Positions 10,201-18,471 of a stretch of 45,557 bases of DNA are shown here, piece by piece; within the stretch, counting starts at the first letter, position 1, and every line of letters begins with the position of its first letter. The stretch spans positions 1 to 45,557 of the forward strand of contig JBDUDG010000001.1 of assembly GCA_040003045.1 (NCBI GenBank). Reading direction: 5' to 3'. This DNA comes from Saprospiraceae bacterium. GTDB lineage: Bacteria > Bacteroidota > Bacteroidia > Chitinophagales > Saprospiraceae. The notes beneath the pieces are model-generated. The model did no database searches. It saw only the letters and a list, made by a program, of their open reading frames with translations, and was not told the DNA's origin. Made by a program: the position numbers and the translations under genes.

Positions 10201-12994
10201 AGTAGCAAGTCTTCAACAGGTTGCTGATCAGATAATGTGCGAACCGGGAACAATAGATTTTAACACCCTGGTGCCTGCAGTATTGAATGGTGTTGGTGGT
10301 TCCGGTCAATGGTTTGATCTCATCACACACCTACCAGTGTCAGGAATTGTGCAGCCTCAGGATGGTGATGCATGGTATTATCTTTTCACCAGCGCACCCG
10401 GCAATTGTCTTAGCTCTGATACGATCCAGGCAACTGTCAACCCACTGCCTTCTGTAAATCTGTATAATATTGATTGTATCGATGCATCGCTTACTTATGA
10501 AATTTCATTTACCACTGATGCGGATGGTATCATCACGAGCACAGGCACATTGACAAATATTAATGGGACTGATACATTTTTGCTTACAAATATCCCCTAC
10601 GATACAGACATTCAGTTTGATCTTCAGAATTCAGTGACGGGATGTGTGAACACTATAAATCAGGCCGCACCCAATTGTAGTTGTCCTGCTTTATTATTGA
10701 ACAGCAGTTTGGAAGTTTGTTCTGACCAGGGAAATGTGGATCTGTCCGCATATGAAGGACTTGGGGTTGCGGGAAGCTGGCAGATGGTCAGTGTTCCTGC
10801 AGGAGTAAATCCAGCGACCCTGAACGGAAGTCAGTTCCAGGGACAAAATAAAGATGGTGGTTCATATGTGTTGAGATTTATTCGATCAGTTATTCTTGCT
10901 GCTTGCGTGGATACTGCAATATTCCAGCTTGAACTTCATGAAGTACCTTTTGTTGATGCGGGATCAAGTGCTACGGTTTGTGCACCTGATGTGATCAATC
11001 TTTTTGGTAGTGGTGGCGGTGACAATGTTACATTCCAATGGCAGGAAAACGGAACTGCGTCTGTGGCGAGTCCAACTGCGCTGAACACAAGTTATACACC
11101 TACTCTGGCAGATATCACTGCAGGTTCGGTTATATTCACATTGACAGCTACTGATCAGAGCGGTTTTTGTCCACCGGCAAGTGAGACGATCACGATTACA
11201 ATAGATGGGTCGGTATATTATATCATTAATGCCGGTTCGCAGGTCTATTGTGATACAGCGGATATCCAGGTCAACTTTGATGATCTCATTTCATTTGGAA
11301 ATAAGAATGGGACCTGGTTTTTCCCTGACACTGTCAATGCACCGATAACCGGATCAAGCAATTTTAATCCTTCAACACTTGCTGCCGGAAATTATACGGT
11401 GTTCTATACGACTTCTAATGCTGCATTGCCATGCAAAAATGATACAACGGGTGTCAACCTCATCATTCGAAATTGTGCATGTCCAAGTGTGGCTTTATCT
11501 GCACCTGTTCAGGGGATTTGCAGTGCATCTGTGACCCAGGAACTGAATGATTTTCTTCTTACAGGCGAACAGGGAACATGGAGCATCGTCAGCACACCTG
11601 CGGGATCAAAACCTGCAACAATTAATGGAACGAAATTTATCACTAACAATTCGGATCCGGGAATTTACAAGCTTCGATTTACTTTAAAAAATCCGGTCGT
11701 CGGTTGTGATGCATTTGCAGAAATTACGCTTGAAGTCATCACGACACCTGTTTTACAAACCGTTTCAGTGAAGTGTGCATCGGATCTGCTGAGTTGGGAA
11801 GTGATCGTATCTTCCAATGCCGGCAATCTCACTACAACGCAAGGAAACCTGACCTCAATAGGCAATAATCAATATCTGATCGATGGTCTGACCCTGCTGA
11901 CGAATGTGCAGGTTTCTGCCTCCAATGGCAATGGTCTTTGCACGGGAAACCTTATTATCCCGGCTCCGGATTGTGCCTGCACACTTGCTATTTCCAATTT
12001 GCCAGATAATGTAACACTCTGCCCGAATGACAAGATCACTCTTGATGCAATAGTATCAGGGGCCAAAGGAAATGTAGTCTCTTATTGGATCTACGGAAGT
12101 GACACTCTTTATCAGAATTCCTTACAAGTGACGACTGCAGGAGCTTATAAATTCGTGAGTGTGGATGAACTTGGATGCAGACAGCAGAAGCTCATCAACG
12201 TGAACTTTTATACTGAGATGGTTCCTGATACCAGCGTAGTAAACATCACCTGCCCTAATGACCAGGATGGACAGATCATATTGAACGCCATCAGTGGTGG
12301 CAATGGGCCGTTCTTCATTTCGATCAATGGTGGTAATATGCAGCCGATCGTTTCATTTCCATATACATTCAAGGGCCTAAGAGCAGGAAATTATAAAATT
12401 GGTATCCTCGATGGATTCAGCTGTTCTATTACATTCAATGTAGTAGTAGAATCAGTTAGTTCAGAAATATTAGATCTCGGACCTGATAAGACTATTTTAC
12501 TCGGAGACAGTGTACAGATCAATCCAACCATCAGCTTCGTACCGGATTCTTTTTACTGGATCGGTGACTTAACGCTGATAGATCCTTTGAATTTGGATAA
12601 TTGGATAAAACCGGAAGCAGATCAGGAGTATATGCTTTTTGCATTGGATGCTAAAGGATGTCTTTACAGTGATGATATCCGGATACACGTGCTTTTGAAT
12701 AGCAGCATATATGTTCCAACAATATTTTCACCAAACGGTGATGGTTTAAATGATGTGCTGGCTCCTCAAGCCGATCCGTCTGTGACATCATTTGAATACT
12801 TTCAGATCTTCAGCAGATGGGGTGACTTCGTTTATTCTGCCACCAATTTTACACCTGGTCAGGTTAATATCGGATGGGATGGCACTTTCGGTGGAAAGAA
12901 AGTATTACCTGGTGTGTATGTGTATCGTCTTTCTGCAACCAATAAAAAAGGAAAAACAATACAGAGTACCGGGGATATTACGGTGATACGTTAA
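7256..12994 (+). CDS. giant (1912 aa) Cys-rich modular cell-surface protein, T9SS type B cargo (gliding-motility-associated C-terminal domain)
   Basis: ATG start, signal peptide MPKFYSWIFLFILTFLWSASSAQ, and a long uninterrupted ORF. It has many Ig-like-sized modules with paired Cys, a SprB-type repeat, and a C-terminal YVPTIFSPNGDGLNDVL...IFSRWGDFVY...WDGTFGGKKVLPGVYVYRL domain. Confidence 0.9.
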   Translation: MPKFYSWIFLFILTFLWSASSAQTVLGAGDIIVLGVITDQTGCGKPQSDEISFACFKDITTSTTLDLTDNGWEVANPGFWGDSEGTLEFTRTGATIPRGTVITFKAQLNGAVWTYSFVSPDNGWMVQNINIPGGSFNLEPGGDQFFFMQGGTWNNQGGGINKSIYNGTVIYGFSTLSTWAADGTTHQSNLYPDLDPCFFMQSNGADFYKYTNPFAIANQLKWWDRVQDPANWNSFADCIGYSALAPNYPGGFTIPIGDLNIGITCFNCNGCAPFDAAIIFHLPPGTFDVTYTDGTNTITLFGISDMHFVSVTISDTTTYTITMVMVVNGCPVPGPFPNTATINVPHNNPGLHHTLYICPTYGIIALSPFLGPHDAGGTWTPPLDPLNGIYYSSFWGPGTYFYVFKHMGCPPDTASITIYWIDPSQTTYEIGCDQNGTPQDITDDRMTVTINFTAPGFGPDYTASVTYLGVPTGSVTPGTGLTGVSTTFTLDPGTATKNNLALVVQDLSGFTCAFKFPLTPPGFCSDPCDHNMTAAISGDEDTCPNSCPDDPATVFIDISGGFPDYTMDFSVTANGFPTWTFTGVPIDVNTEITICVDSIPAAVYDEASHSLIIPATLTGHDAVITLLNVYDSYGCTAILDNAEQFLTIHTLPQLVAPHLSFCKGIANNVDLTDFDFSVSPNYDVLWSDGDPLNGGDILNSPSGANLLNVVSLWALVSDDYCQNSKQIPLTILPQPKLDTVLPLQICKGDIVALQNIPLHDLGNSMAVYTFHSALPPDTTNKLNPLIYIPGDTTTVYVLATAGMCYDTIPIMIDVQDFPDFTLQGTPCNLLLHTYTIVFTSSADSIHVNAGVIVNSVAGQDSIKNIPENVNVSIEVLNASSLCKDTFLIVAPNCNCPLINPPIAGQASYSICEGNAIPFLSVTIDPGMVSNWYDVPSGGVPLLQNSLTFQPVSAVSAIYYAEAVDPLSNCYSIRTQIPFDVNPVASLQQVADQIMCEPGTIDFNTLVPAVLNGVGGSGQWFDLITHLPVSGIVQPQDGDAWYYLFTSAPGNCLSSDTIQATVNPLPSVNLYNIDCIDASLTYEISFTTDADGIITSTGTLTNINGTDTFLLTNIPYDTDIQFDLQNSVTGCVNTINQAAPNCSCPALLLNSSLEVCSDQGNVDLSAYEGLGVAGSWQMVSVPAGVNPATLNGSQFQGQNKDGGSYVLRFIRSVILAACVDTAIFQLELHEVPFVDAGSSATVCAPDVINLFGSGGGDNVTFQWQENGTASVASPTALNTSYTPTLADITAGSVIFTLTATDQSGFCPPASETITITIDGSVYYIINAGSQVYCDTADIQVNFDDLISFGNKNGTWFFPDTVNAPITGSSNFNPSTLAAGNYTVFYTTSNAALPCKNDTTGVNLIIRNCACPSVALSAPVQGICSASVTQELNDFLLTGEQGTWSIVSTPAGSKPATINGTKFITNNSDPGIYKLRFTLKNPVVGCDAFAEITLEVITTPVLQTVSVKCASDLLSWEVIVSSNAGNLTTTQGNLTSIGNNQYLIDGLTLLTNVQVSASNGNGLCTGNLIIPAPDCACTLAISNLPDNVTLCPNDKITLDAIVSGAKGNVVSYWIYGSDTLYQNSLQVTTAGAYKFVSVDELGCRQQKLINVNFYTEMVPDTSVVNITCPNDQDGQIILNAISGGNGPFFISINGGNMQPIVSFPYTFKGLRAGNYKIGILDGFSCSITFNVVVESVSSEILDLGPDKTILLGDSVQINPTISFVPDSFYWIGDLTLIDPLNLDNWIKPEADQEYMLFALDAKGCLYSDDIRIHVLLNSSIYVPTIFSPNGDGLNDVLAPQADPSVTSFEYFQIFSRWGDFVYSATNFTPGQVNIGWDGTFGGKKVLPGVYVYRLSATNKKGKTIQSTGDITVIR
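10673..10948 (+). repeat. internal protein module copy A (NCSCP...GSWQMVSVPAGVNPATLNG...YVLRF...ELHEVP)
   Basis: Aligns with 11471-11749 using one gap. By hand count about 34 of 92 residues are identical, including NC.CP, G(S/T)W..VS.PAG..PAT.NG..F, D.G.Y.LRF and a conserved Cys. Confidence 0.6.
11471..11749 (+). repeat. internal protein module copy B (NCACP...GTWSIVSTPAGSKPATING...YKLRF...LEVITTP)
   Basis: Paralogous to 10673-10948 (see that entry). Confidence 0.6.
12251..12335 (+). other. SprB-type repeat motif inside the giant protein
   Basis: CPNDQDGQIILNAISGGNGPFFISINGG resembles the C..(D/N)G.I......GG..P(Y/F) pattern of SprB repeats. Confidence 0.45.
12707..12991 (+). other. T9SS type B C-terminal sorting domain (gliding motility-associated C-terminal domain type)
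   Basis: The last 95 aa are IYVPTIFSPNGDGLNDVLAPQ...FQIFSRWGDFVYSA...IGWDGTFGGKKVLPGVYVYRLSATNKKGKTIQSTGDITVIR, a motif-for-motif match to the type B CTD consensus as I know it. Confidence 0.85.
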
Positions 12995-12999
12995 TACAA

Positions 13000-14319
13000 T
13001 TAATCTATTGCCATTTTCCCTTTATTATTCGTCACGATCAGGAAAATCAATCCAAGGATAAAAAATCCGGTCAGTGCAAAAATGGAATTACGCATATTTC
13101 CCGTCATGTGCTCAATAAAACCAAATGAGAACATGCCTATGACGATAGCTAATTTTTCAGTGACATCATAAAAACTAAAAAAAGAAGCTGTGTCATGTGT
13201 CGGCGGCATGATCTTGGAATAGGTGGAGCGGCTCATCGATTGAATGCCTCCCATCACTAAACCTATCAAAATGGCTACAAGATAAAAATGCATCGCAGTG
13301 GTGATAAAATAGGATGCAATACATATTCCTATCCAGATCACAACAGTGAGCATCAGCACTTTGATGTTACCTATTCTTTTTGAAAGCCTGGCCATCAGCA
13401 TCGCACCAAAAATGGCTACTAATTGAATGAGCAGGATGGTAATGATCAGATCTTGTGTTTCCATATTGACCCATACACCATTCACTTCCTTCTTGATCTC
13501 CTTGCTGACGAACTCGGCAGAAGCCAACATGACAGTCTGAACACCCATGCTATAGAAGAAAAATGCAAGAAGATAGGATTTGAGAAATGGCATTGCCTTA
13601 ACCTGATGCCATACTTTTTTCAATTCCCTAAAACCGTTAAATAGAAAACTATGTGTTTTATCGGAGGTTACAGCTGTTCCCAATGGCAAAACGTGAAAGG
13701 CAATTTGCGCGAATCCAAACCACCAAAGCCCCACCAGAAGAAAAGAAATCCTTGATGCCAAAGATTTATCTGTCATCGTCATCACAAAAGCGAAACAGAT
13801 CAATTGAAGTATCACGCTTCCTACGTATCCATAAGCATAACCCTGAGCACTCAATTTGTCCCTGTAGCCAACTTCAGCAATTTCCGGAAGAAAGGCGTTA
13901 TAGAACACAAGGCTTCCGCAAAAACCAATGGCTGCCAAAATCGCAAGGATGATGCCCAACTCAAGATGTGTAGGGTAGAAAAAAAACATACAGGCACAGG
14001 CTCCCGATCCAATATAACAGAAGAGCTGCATGAATCTTTTTTTATTCCCTTTATAATCAGCGATGGAGGAAAGTATCGGGGACAGGATGACGATGACGAG
14101 ATAAGCAAACGCGAGAGCGTAATTAAGCAGGGCTGTATTGATCACTTTCCAGCCAAAAAAACTAACATAATCCAACGTGGAATCATCTGAATCACCCGTG
14201 ATGGCTAAATAATAAATCGGAAAAATAGTAGCAGTGATGACAAGATTATAAGCAGAATTCGCCCAGTCATACATACTCCAGGCGCGATGAATTGTTTTGA
14301 GAGAGAAATTTTTAGGCAT
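13000..14319 (-). CDS. MFS transporter, UMF1 (Atg22-like) family
   Basis: 439 aa with ~12 TM segments. The N-terminal WSMYDWANSAYNLVITATIFPIYY signature is typical of UMF1-family MFS proteins. Only 12 nt separate it from the upstream GT-C gene. Confidence 0.8.
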   Translation of the reverse strand: MPKNFSLKTIHRAWSMYDWANSAYNLVITATIFPIYYLAITGDSDDSTLDYVSFFGWKVINTALLNYALAFAYLVIVILSPILSSIADYKGNKKRFMQLFCYIGSGACACMFFFYPTHLELGIILAILAAIGFCGSLVFYNAFLPEIAEVGYRDKLSAQGYAYGYVGSVILQLICFAFVMTMTDKSLASRISFLLVGLWWFGFAQIAFHVLPLGTAVTSDKTHSFLFNGFRELKKVWHQVKAMPFLKSYLLAFFFYSMGVQTVMLASAEFVSKEIKKEVNGVWVNMETQDLIITILLIQLVAIFGAMLMARLSKRIGNIKVLMLTVVIWIGICIASYFITTAMHFYLVAILIGLVMGGIQSMSRSTYSKIMPPTHDTASFFSFYDVTEKLAIVIGMFSFGFIEHMTGNMRNSIFALTGFFILGLIFLIVTNNKGKMAID

Positions 14320-14331
14320 GCTGTGGATAAA

Positions 14332-15993
14332 TTATTTTGTATTTAAAAATTTTACCAGATACATTTTCTTATCGAAGCGAAGATTATTGTCAGCAAAAGT
14401 GTATGGGAATTGAAGATAGATCTGATGCGGATATTTGTTGAGATAAATATCATCCACCAGATAATAGCTGTCGTAATTTAATTCACTGGTCAACCGGAGT
14501 ATTTCATTCCTGTACCTTTCTTCATAATATGTGATGCCATCATAATAGCCTGCAGGAAACTCTGCCATGATATAAAGCTGAGCCTGTTTTACCTGTTCAA
14601 ATATTTGGCGCGAGGTCTCTGTTTCCTTTAGTCCATCTTTTATCCTGGAAGGGATGACAAACCAGTTAAATGCAAGTCTTACGAGAATAACTGCACCTAT
14701 AAATAAATACAGTCTGGTATTGTTACTCTTTAAAAACATTATAAATAAAAATGAAAATGAAAGGCATAAAAAAATGGATTTGCCCCAAAGAAATGTGATA
14801 TCTGAAAGTTTGTCAATAAAAGGAACATATAGTGAAGTGACGACCATCATTCCAATTCCAACTCCCAGGACTATATGGATTCCTCTCTTGAACATGGATG
14901 GTGCCCCCGGCCGGAAATAAAGATAAAATAGAAAAGGAAACAGCAAAGGGAGCAGAAAATATAGATAATGCGGGTTTTTTAAAGCTGCAAACCAGTATAT
15001 AGGACTATTGGTCAGAAATAGCAGGATGCCATACCAGATGAATTTATTTTCACGGGCAATCGCCAGAATATTTTTATTGAGGAGTAGTATAGTAAATAAT
15101 GTCCATGGCAGAAAATGATAGAGAAAGTCTACAGGAAAATCAACAATGATGTGGAAAAAATTTCCGATGTCTTTAAAATAATATCGTTTGGAGCTTTCAT
15201 GAAAAACGGTAGACCAAATATTTTCGGGGGCAATGTGACTGCTTATAAAAAATGGAATGTAGTACATGGCCAAAGTGATGAAAAATACCAGGATTCCCGC
15301 AATATGATAGCGGCTAAAAACTAATTTTTTCTGACCAAAAAATCCAAAATATACCACAAGTGCAATGCCATGGTGCACGATAGCAGGCAATCCTTTGACA
15401 AGGAAGCCGAGTGCGGCAATAAAATAACTGACCGTAAAAAGTAAAAGAAATTTTTTCTTCTCGCCGAAAATAAAAATGGCAATAAATCCCAGATACATCA
15501 TGAGTGCCAGTGTATGTTCAAGCAGGCCGAGCATCGAATCAAACATCAGTGTCCGTCCATTGGTCAGGTAGGCTAATGCAGAAATAGCAGCAACGGATTC
15601 ATTGCAATATTTTTTCAAAATAAAATAAATCACCATTCCATGCACAAGAAGAGATACAATCACCGGAAACCGAAGGGCGAATGCCGAATAATTTCCAAAC
15701 AGATGATACGAAGCAGAAATGATCCAGCTATAGAGAGGTGGTTTGTTCAGATAAGGCTCACCATTTAATGTAGGGATCATGTAATTGCCGGACAAATTCA
15801 TTTCCATAGCAACGAGGGCGCGTCTGCACTCATCAGCAATTAAATGAACTGGAATTTCCCCCAAATGAGTCAGGTAGACAAAAGCTATTGCGACGAAGCA
15901 AATAAAAAATAGAAGTTGCTGCCGATGAGGTGCCAGGTACCTCTCGTGCGAAAGATGGTCTTTTGCGCCTTCCAAATTGGACATCATACTCAC
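14332..15993 (-). CDS. ArnT/PMT_2-type GT-C glycosyltransferase (GT39/GT83-like)
   Basis: 553-aa polytopic protein. The first external loop has ADE (D54-E55 in track numbering) followed by NGEPYLNKPPLYSW, the KPPL motif of ArnT-like enzymes, and there is a C-terminal soluble domain. The track start is GTG at 15993; the first ATG is at 15987. Confidence 0.8.
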   Translation of the reverse strand: MSMMSNLEGAKDHLSHERYLAPHRQQLLFFICFVAIAFVYLTHLGEIPVHLIADECRRALVAMEMNLSGNYMIPTLNGEPYLNKPPLYSWIISASYHLFGNYSAFALRFPVIVSLLVHGMVIYFILKKYCNESVAAISALAYLTNGRTLMFDSMLGLLEHTLALMMYLGFIAIFIFGEKKKFLLLFTVSYFIAALGFLVKGLPAIVHHGIALVVYFGFFGQKKLVFSRYHIAGILVFFITLAMYYIPFFISSHIAPENIWSTVFHESSKRYYFKDIGNFFHIIVDFPVDFLYHFLPWTLFTILLLNKNILAIARENKFIWYGILLFLTNSPIYWFAALKNPHYLYFLLPLLFPFLFYLYFRPGAPSMFKRGIHIVLGVGIGMMVVTSLYVPFIDKLSDITFLWGKSIFLCLSFSFLFIMFLKSNNTRLYLFIGAVILVRLAFNWFVIPSRIKDGLKETETSRQIFEQVKQAQLYIMAEFPAGYYDGITYYEERYRNEILRLTSELNYDSYYLVDDIYLNKYPHQIYLQFPYTFADNNLRFDKKMYLVKFLNTK

Positions 15994-16091
15994 TGCCTTT
16001 ATATCCGCGGGTTTGAAGCAACCCGATCAGAGCGCAATGTAATCCAACTAAATATATCTATTATTGCCTGTTAATCCAATCTTTCATTGTC

Positions 16092-16631
16092 ATGAAAATC
16101 TTACTCGCCATCAGCTTCTGCCTGGTATTTATTTGTTGCAAATCAGCTACTTCGAAGAACGAAGAGGTCCAATCCAAAATTGAATCCTTTCTCAAAGCCC
16201 ACGGTCAGGCAGGAGATGGTTATAAATTCATCGCGATTACTTCCATTGACACGGTGACCGGTAAAGAATTTCTTGACAGACAGCTGGAAGTGGTTGCTCT
16301 GGCTTTGACCAATAAAACAGGGAGACTACGCAGACTTGATTCGCTTGAAGCTGTTATAAAAAAATCCCTTATCCAGAATCCCGATGACGAAACACTACAG
16401 TCGAATCTTAAAGACATCACCAGATCCAAAACTGAAATGTATGTCGCCCAACACAAACTTGACAGCCTTACAGCGATGATGACGCCTGAATTGTCGAAAC
16501 AATTTAAATTTATCGGGATGAATTTTGATTTTAAGGTGAATGATTTTAATGGAAAGCCTGTGCTTCATCACTACTATATAAAACTGGATGACCACCTCAA
16601 TGTCATCGACGTTGTCAATCTGGCGAATTAA
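16092..16631 (+). CDS. small lipoprotein of unknown function
   Basis: 179 aa with ATG start and a lipoprotein-like signal MKILLAISFCLVFICCKS. The mature part is helical and charged, and I recognise no domain. Confidence 0.55.
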   Translation: MKILLAISFCLVFICCKSATSKNEEVQSKIESFLKAHGQAGDGYKFIAITSIDTVTGKEFLDRQLEVVALALTNKTGRLRRLDSLEAVIKKSLIQNPDDETLQSNLKDITRSKTEMYVAQHKLDSLTAMMTPELSKQFKFIGMNFDFKVNDFNGKPVLHHYYIKLDDHLNVIDVVNLAN

Positions 16632-16676
16632 TCATGTGCGCTTGTTTATTCCATTGATGATCTTTAAATCAAAGGC

Positions 16677-18344
16677 ATGAAATTACTTCTCCGGAATGAA
16701 GTGATTATTATTGTCATTCTTGGCTCGATCTTTTTCTTCCCGTACCTGGGTGCAGTGCATCTATTTGACTGGGATGAAATCAATTTTGCGGAGTGTGCCC
16801 GTGAGATGCGGGTGCTGCATGATTATAGCCGCGTTTATATCAACTTCATGCCTTTCTGGGAAAAGCCTCCACTTTTTTTCTGGATGCAAAGTGCATCTAT
16901 GGGAATATTTGGTGTAACCGAGTTTGCTGCCAGATTTCCGAATGCTCTATGTGGCATCATCACTTTATTAGTATTATTTATTGGCGGCACGAGATTATTT
17001 GATCGGAAATTTGGCTTATTCTGGGCTCTAGCCTTTGGTGGGTCACTGTTTCCAAATCTATATTTCAAATCAGGGATCATTGATCCATGGTTCAATCTCT
17101 TCATTTTCATTTCCGTATATTTTTTCATCCTATATCACTGGAAAAGAAATAAAATGGACAAGGAAGATCTCCGGCATCATCCTTTGACCTATCTGACAGT
17201 TTCCGCGATTAGCATAGGGCTGGCGCTTCTGACGAAAGGCCCTGTGGCGCTGATACTTTTCGTGATCATTCTGATGCTTTATTTACTTTATAACAGGTTT
17301 GAACTATATTTTAATATTGGCCATGCCCTTCTTTTTATTTGTATCCTTCTGGTAGTTACTCTTCCCTGGTATGCGTATGAGACTTTAAAAAACGGACCGT
17401 GGTTTGTCACAGAATTCATTCGATATCAATACAGGTTACTGAGCACACATGATGCAGGGCAAAGGGGTTTTATAGGTTATCATTTTGTAGTAATACTCAT
17501 CGGTTGTTTTCCTGCATCAATTTTAGCAATACCCGCTTTTTTCAAAATGCCATTTGCAACCCGATATGAAAAGGATTATAAAATCTGGATGTTCCTGCTG
17601 TTTTGGGTGGTGATGATATTATTTACAATCGTGAAATCACGCATTATACATTATTCTTCCCTCGCATGGTTCCCCGTGTCTTTTCTTGCGGCTTATTCTT
17701 TTTATAAATGGGAACGAAAAGAAAAGATGGTGCAAGCCTATATTCCTGTTCTTATTTCGATCATAGGAGGAATTATTGCATTGTTCTTCATTGCATTTCC
17801 TTTCGTGGCAATGAATATCACGCAATTGATTCCATATGTCAGGGATGGATTCGCGAAAGAGGCCATGAAAGCTGACGTATACTGGTCCGGTTTCGAAAGT
17901 TTCATCGGTGTGTTCATGTTAATGGTCATCATCTATGGTCTTCGCAAATTGAATAAAAGTAAATTCATCTCTGCAGCCTGGATATTTTTCGGTGGTATGG
18001 CCATTGTCACCTTTTTTGCATCTGCCATTCTTATCCCAAAAGTGGAGCGTTATTCACAGGGTGCGGCCATAGATTTTTTTATCCAGCATCAACATGAGGA
18101 TAGCTATATAGCAACACTTGGATATAAAAGCTATGGCGATCTGTTTTATACGCAAAAAACAAAACCACTGAATCCACAATCGGATGATATCAATTGGCTG
18201 CTCTCTGGAGATATAGATAAGACAGTGTATTTCGTCACTAAAGTTACGAGGACGGATCGCTACAAAGACTACAAGGATATTCACGAGCTCTATCGCAAAA
18301 ATGGTTTTGTATTTCTGGAACGTGATCCAGTAAAACCCAGATAA
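16677..18344 (+). CDS. ArnT/PMT_2-type GT-C glycosyltransferase (GT39/GT83-like)
   Basis: 555-aa polytopic protein. Loop 1 reads LFDWDEINFAECAREM (D33-E34), followed by FWEKPPLFFWMQ, and there is a C-terminal soluble domain. Confidence 0.85.
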   Translation: MKLLLRNEVIIIVILGSIFFFPYLGAVHLFDWDEINFAECAREMRVLHDYSRVYINFMPFWEKPPLFFWMQSASMGIFGVTEFAARFPNALCGIITLLVLFIGGTRLFDRKFGLFWALAFGGSLFPNLYFKSGIIDPWFNLFIFISVYFFILYHWKRNKMDKEDLRHHPLTYLTVSAISIGLALLTKGPVALILFVIILMLYLLYNRFELYFNIGHALLFICILLVVTLPWYAYETLKNGPWFVTEFIRYQYRLLSTHDAGQRGFIGYHFVVILIGCFPASILAIPAFFKMPFATRYEKDYKIWMFLLFWVVMILFTIVKSRIIHYSSLAWFPVSFLAAYSFYKWERKEKMVQAYIPVLISIIGGIIALFFIAFPFVAMNITQLIPYVRDGFAKEAMKADVYWSGFESFIGVFMLMVIIYGLRKLNKSKFISAAWIFFGGMAIVTFFASAILIPKVERYSQGAAIDFFIQHQHEDSYIATLGYKSYGDLFYTQKTKPLNPQSDDINWLLSGDIDKTVYFVTKVTRTDRYKDYKDIHELYRKNGFVFLERDPVKPR

Positions 18345-18398
18345 AACTTTTATACTAAAAGCATTCCAAAACTTATAGGATAAATAAATTGGGATTAG

Positions 18399-18437
18399 AA
18401 AAAAAGAAAGGGTTCCATAATTACTTATGAAACCCTT
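18399..18437 (-). terminator. rho-independent terminator downstream of SusD-like gene 1
   Basis: aagggtt-c-cata (18408-18419) pairs with tatg-a-aaccctt (18426-18437), giving 11 bp with one mismatch and a 6-nt loop. On the minus strand it is followed by tcttttttt. Confidence 0.55.
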
Positions 18438-18471
18438 CCGTGAATAATACTAATCTGGTAATTAATTCAAA

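Noticed and set aside
7256-12994. Many D(S/T)(A/I/L/V/M/T) tripeptides (the Bacteroidota O-glycosylation sequon) in the giant protein, as evidence that it is the substrate of the neighbouring glycosyltransferases
   Set aside because: A 3-residue degenerate motif is expected many times by chance in 1912 residues rich in D, S and T. It carries no evidential weight without an enrichment calculation.
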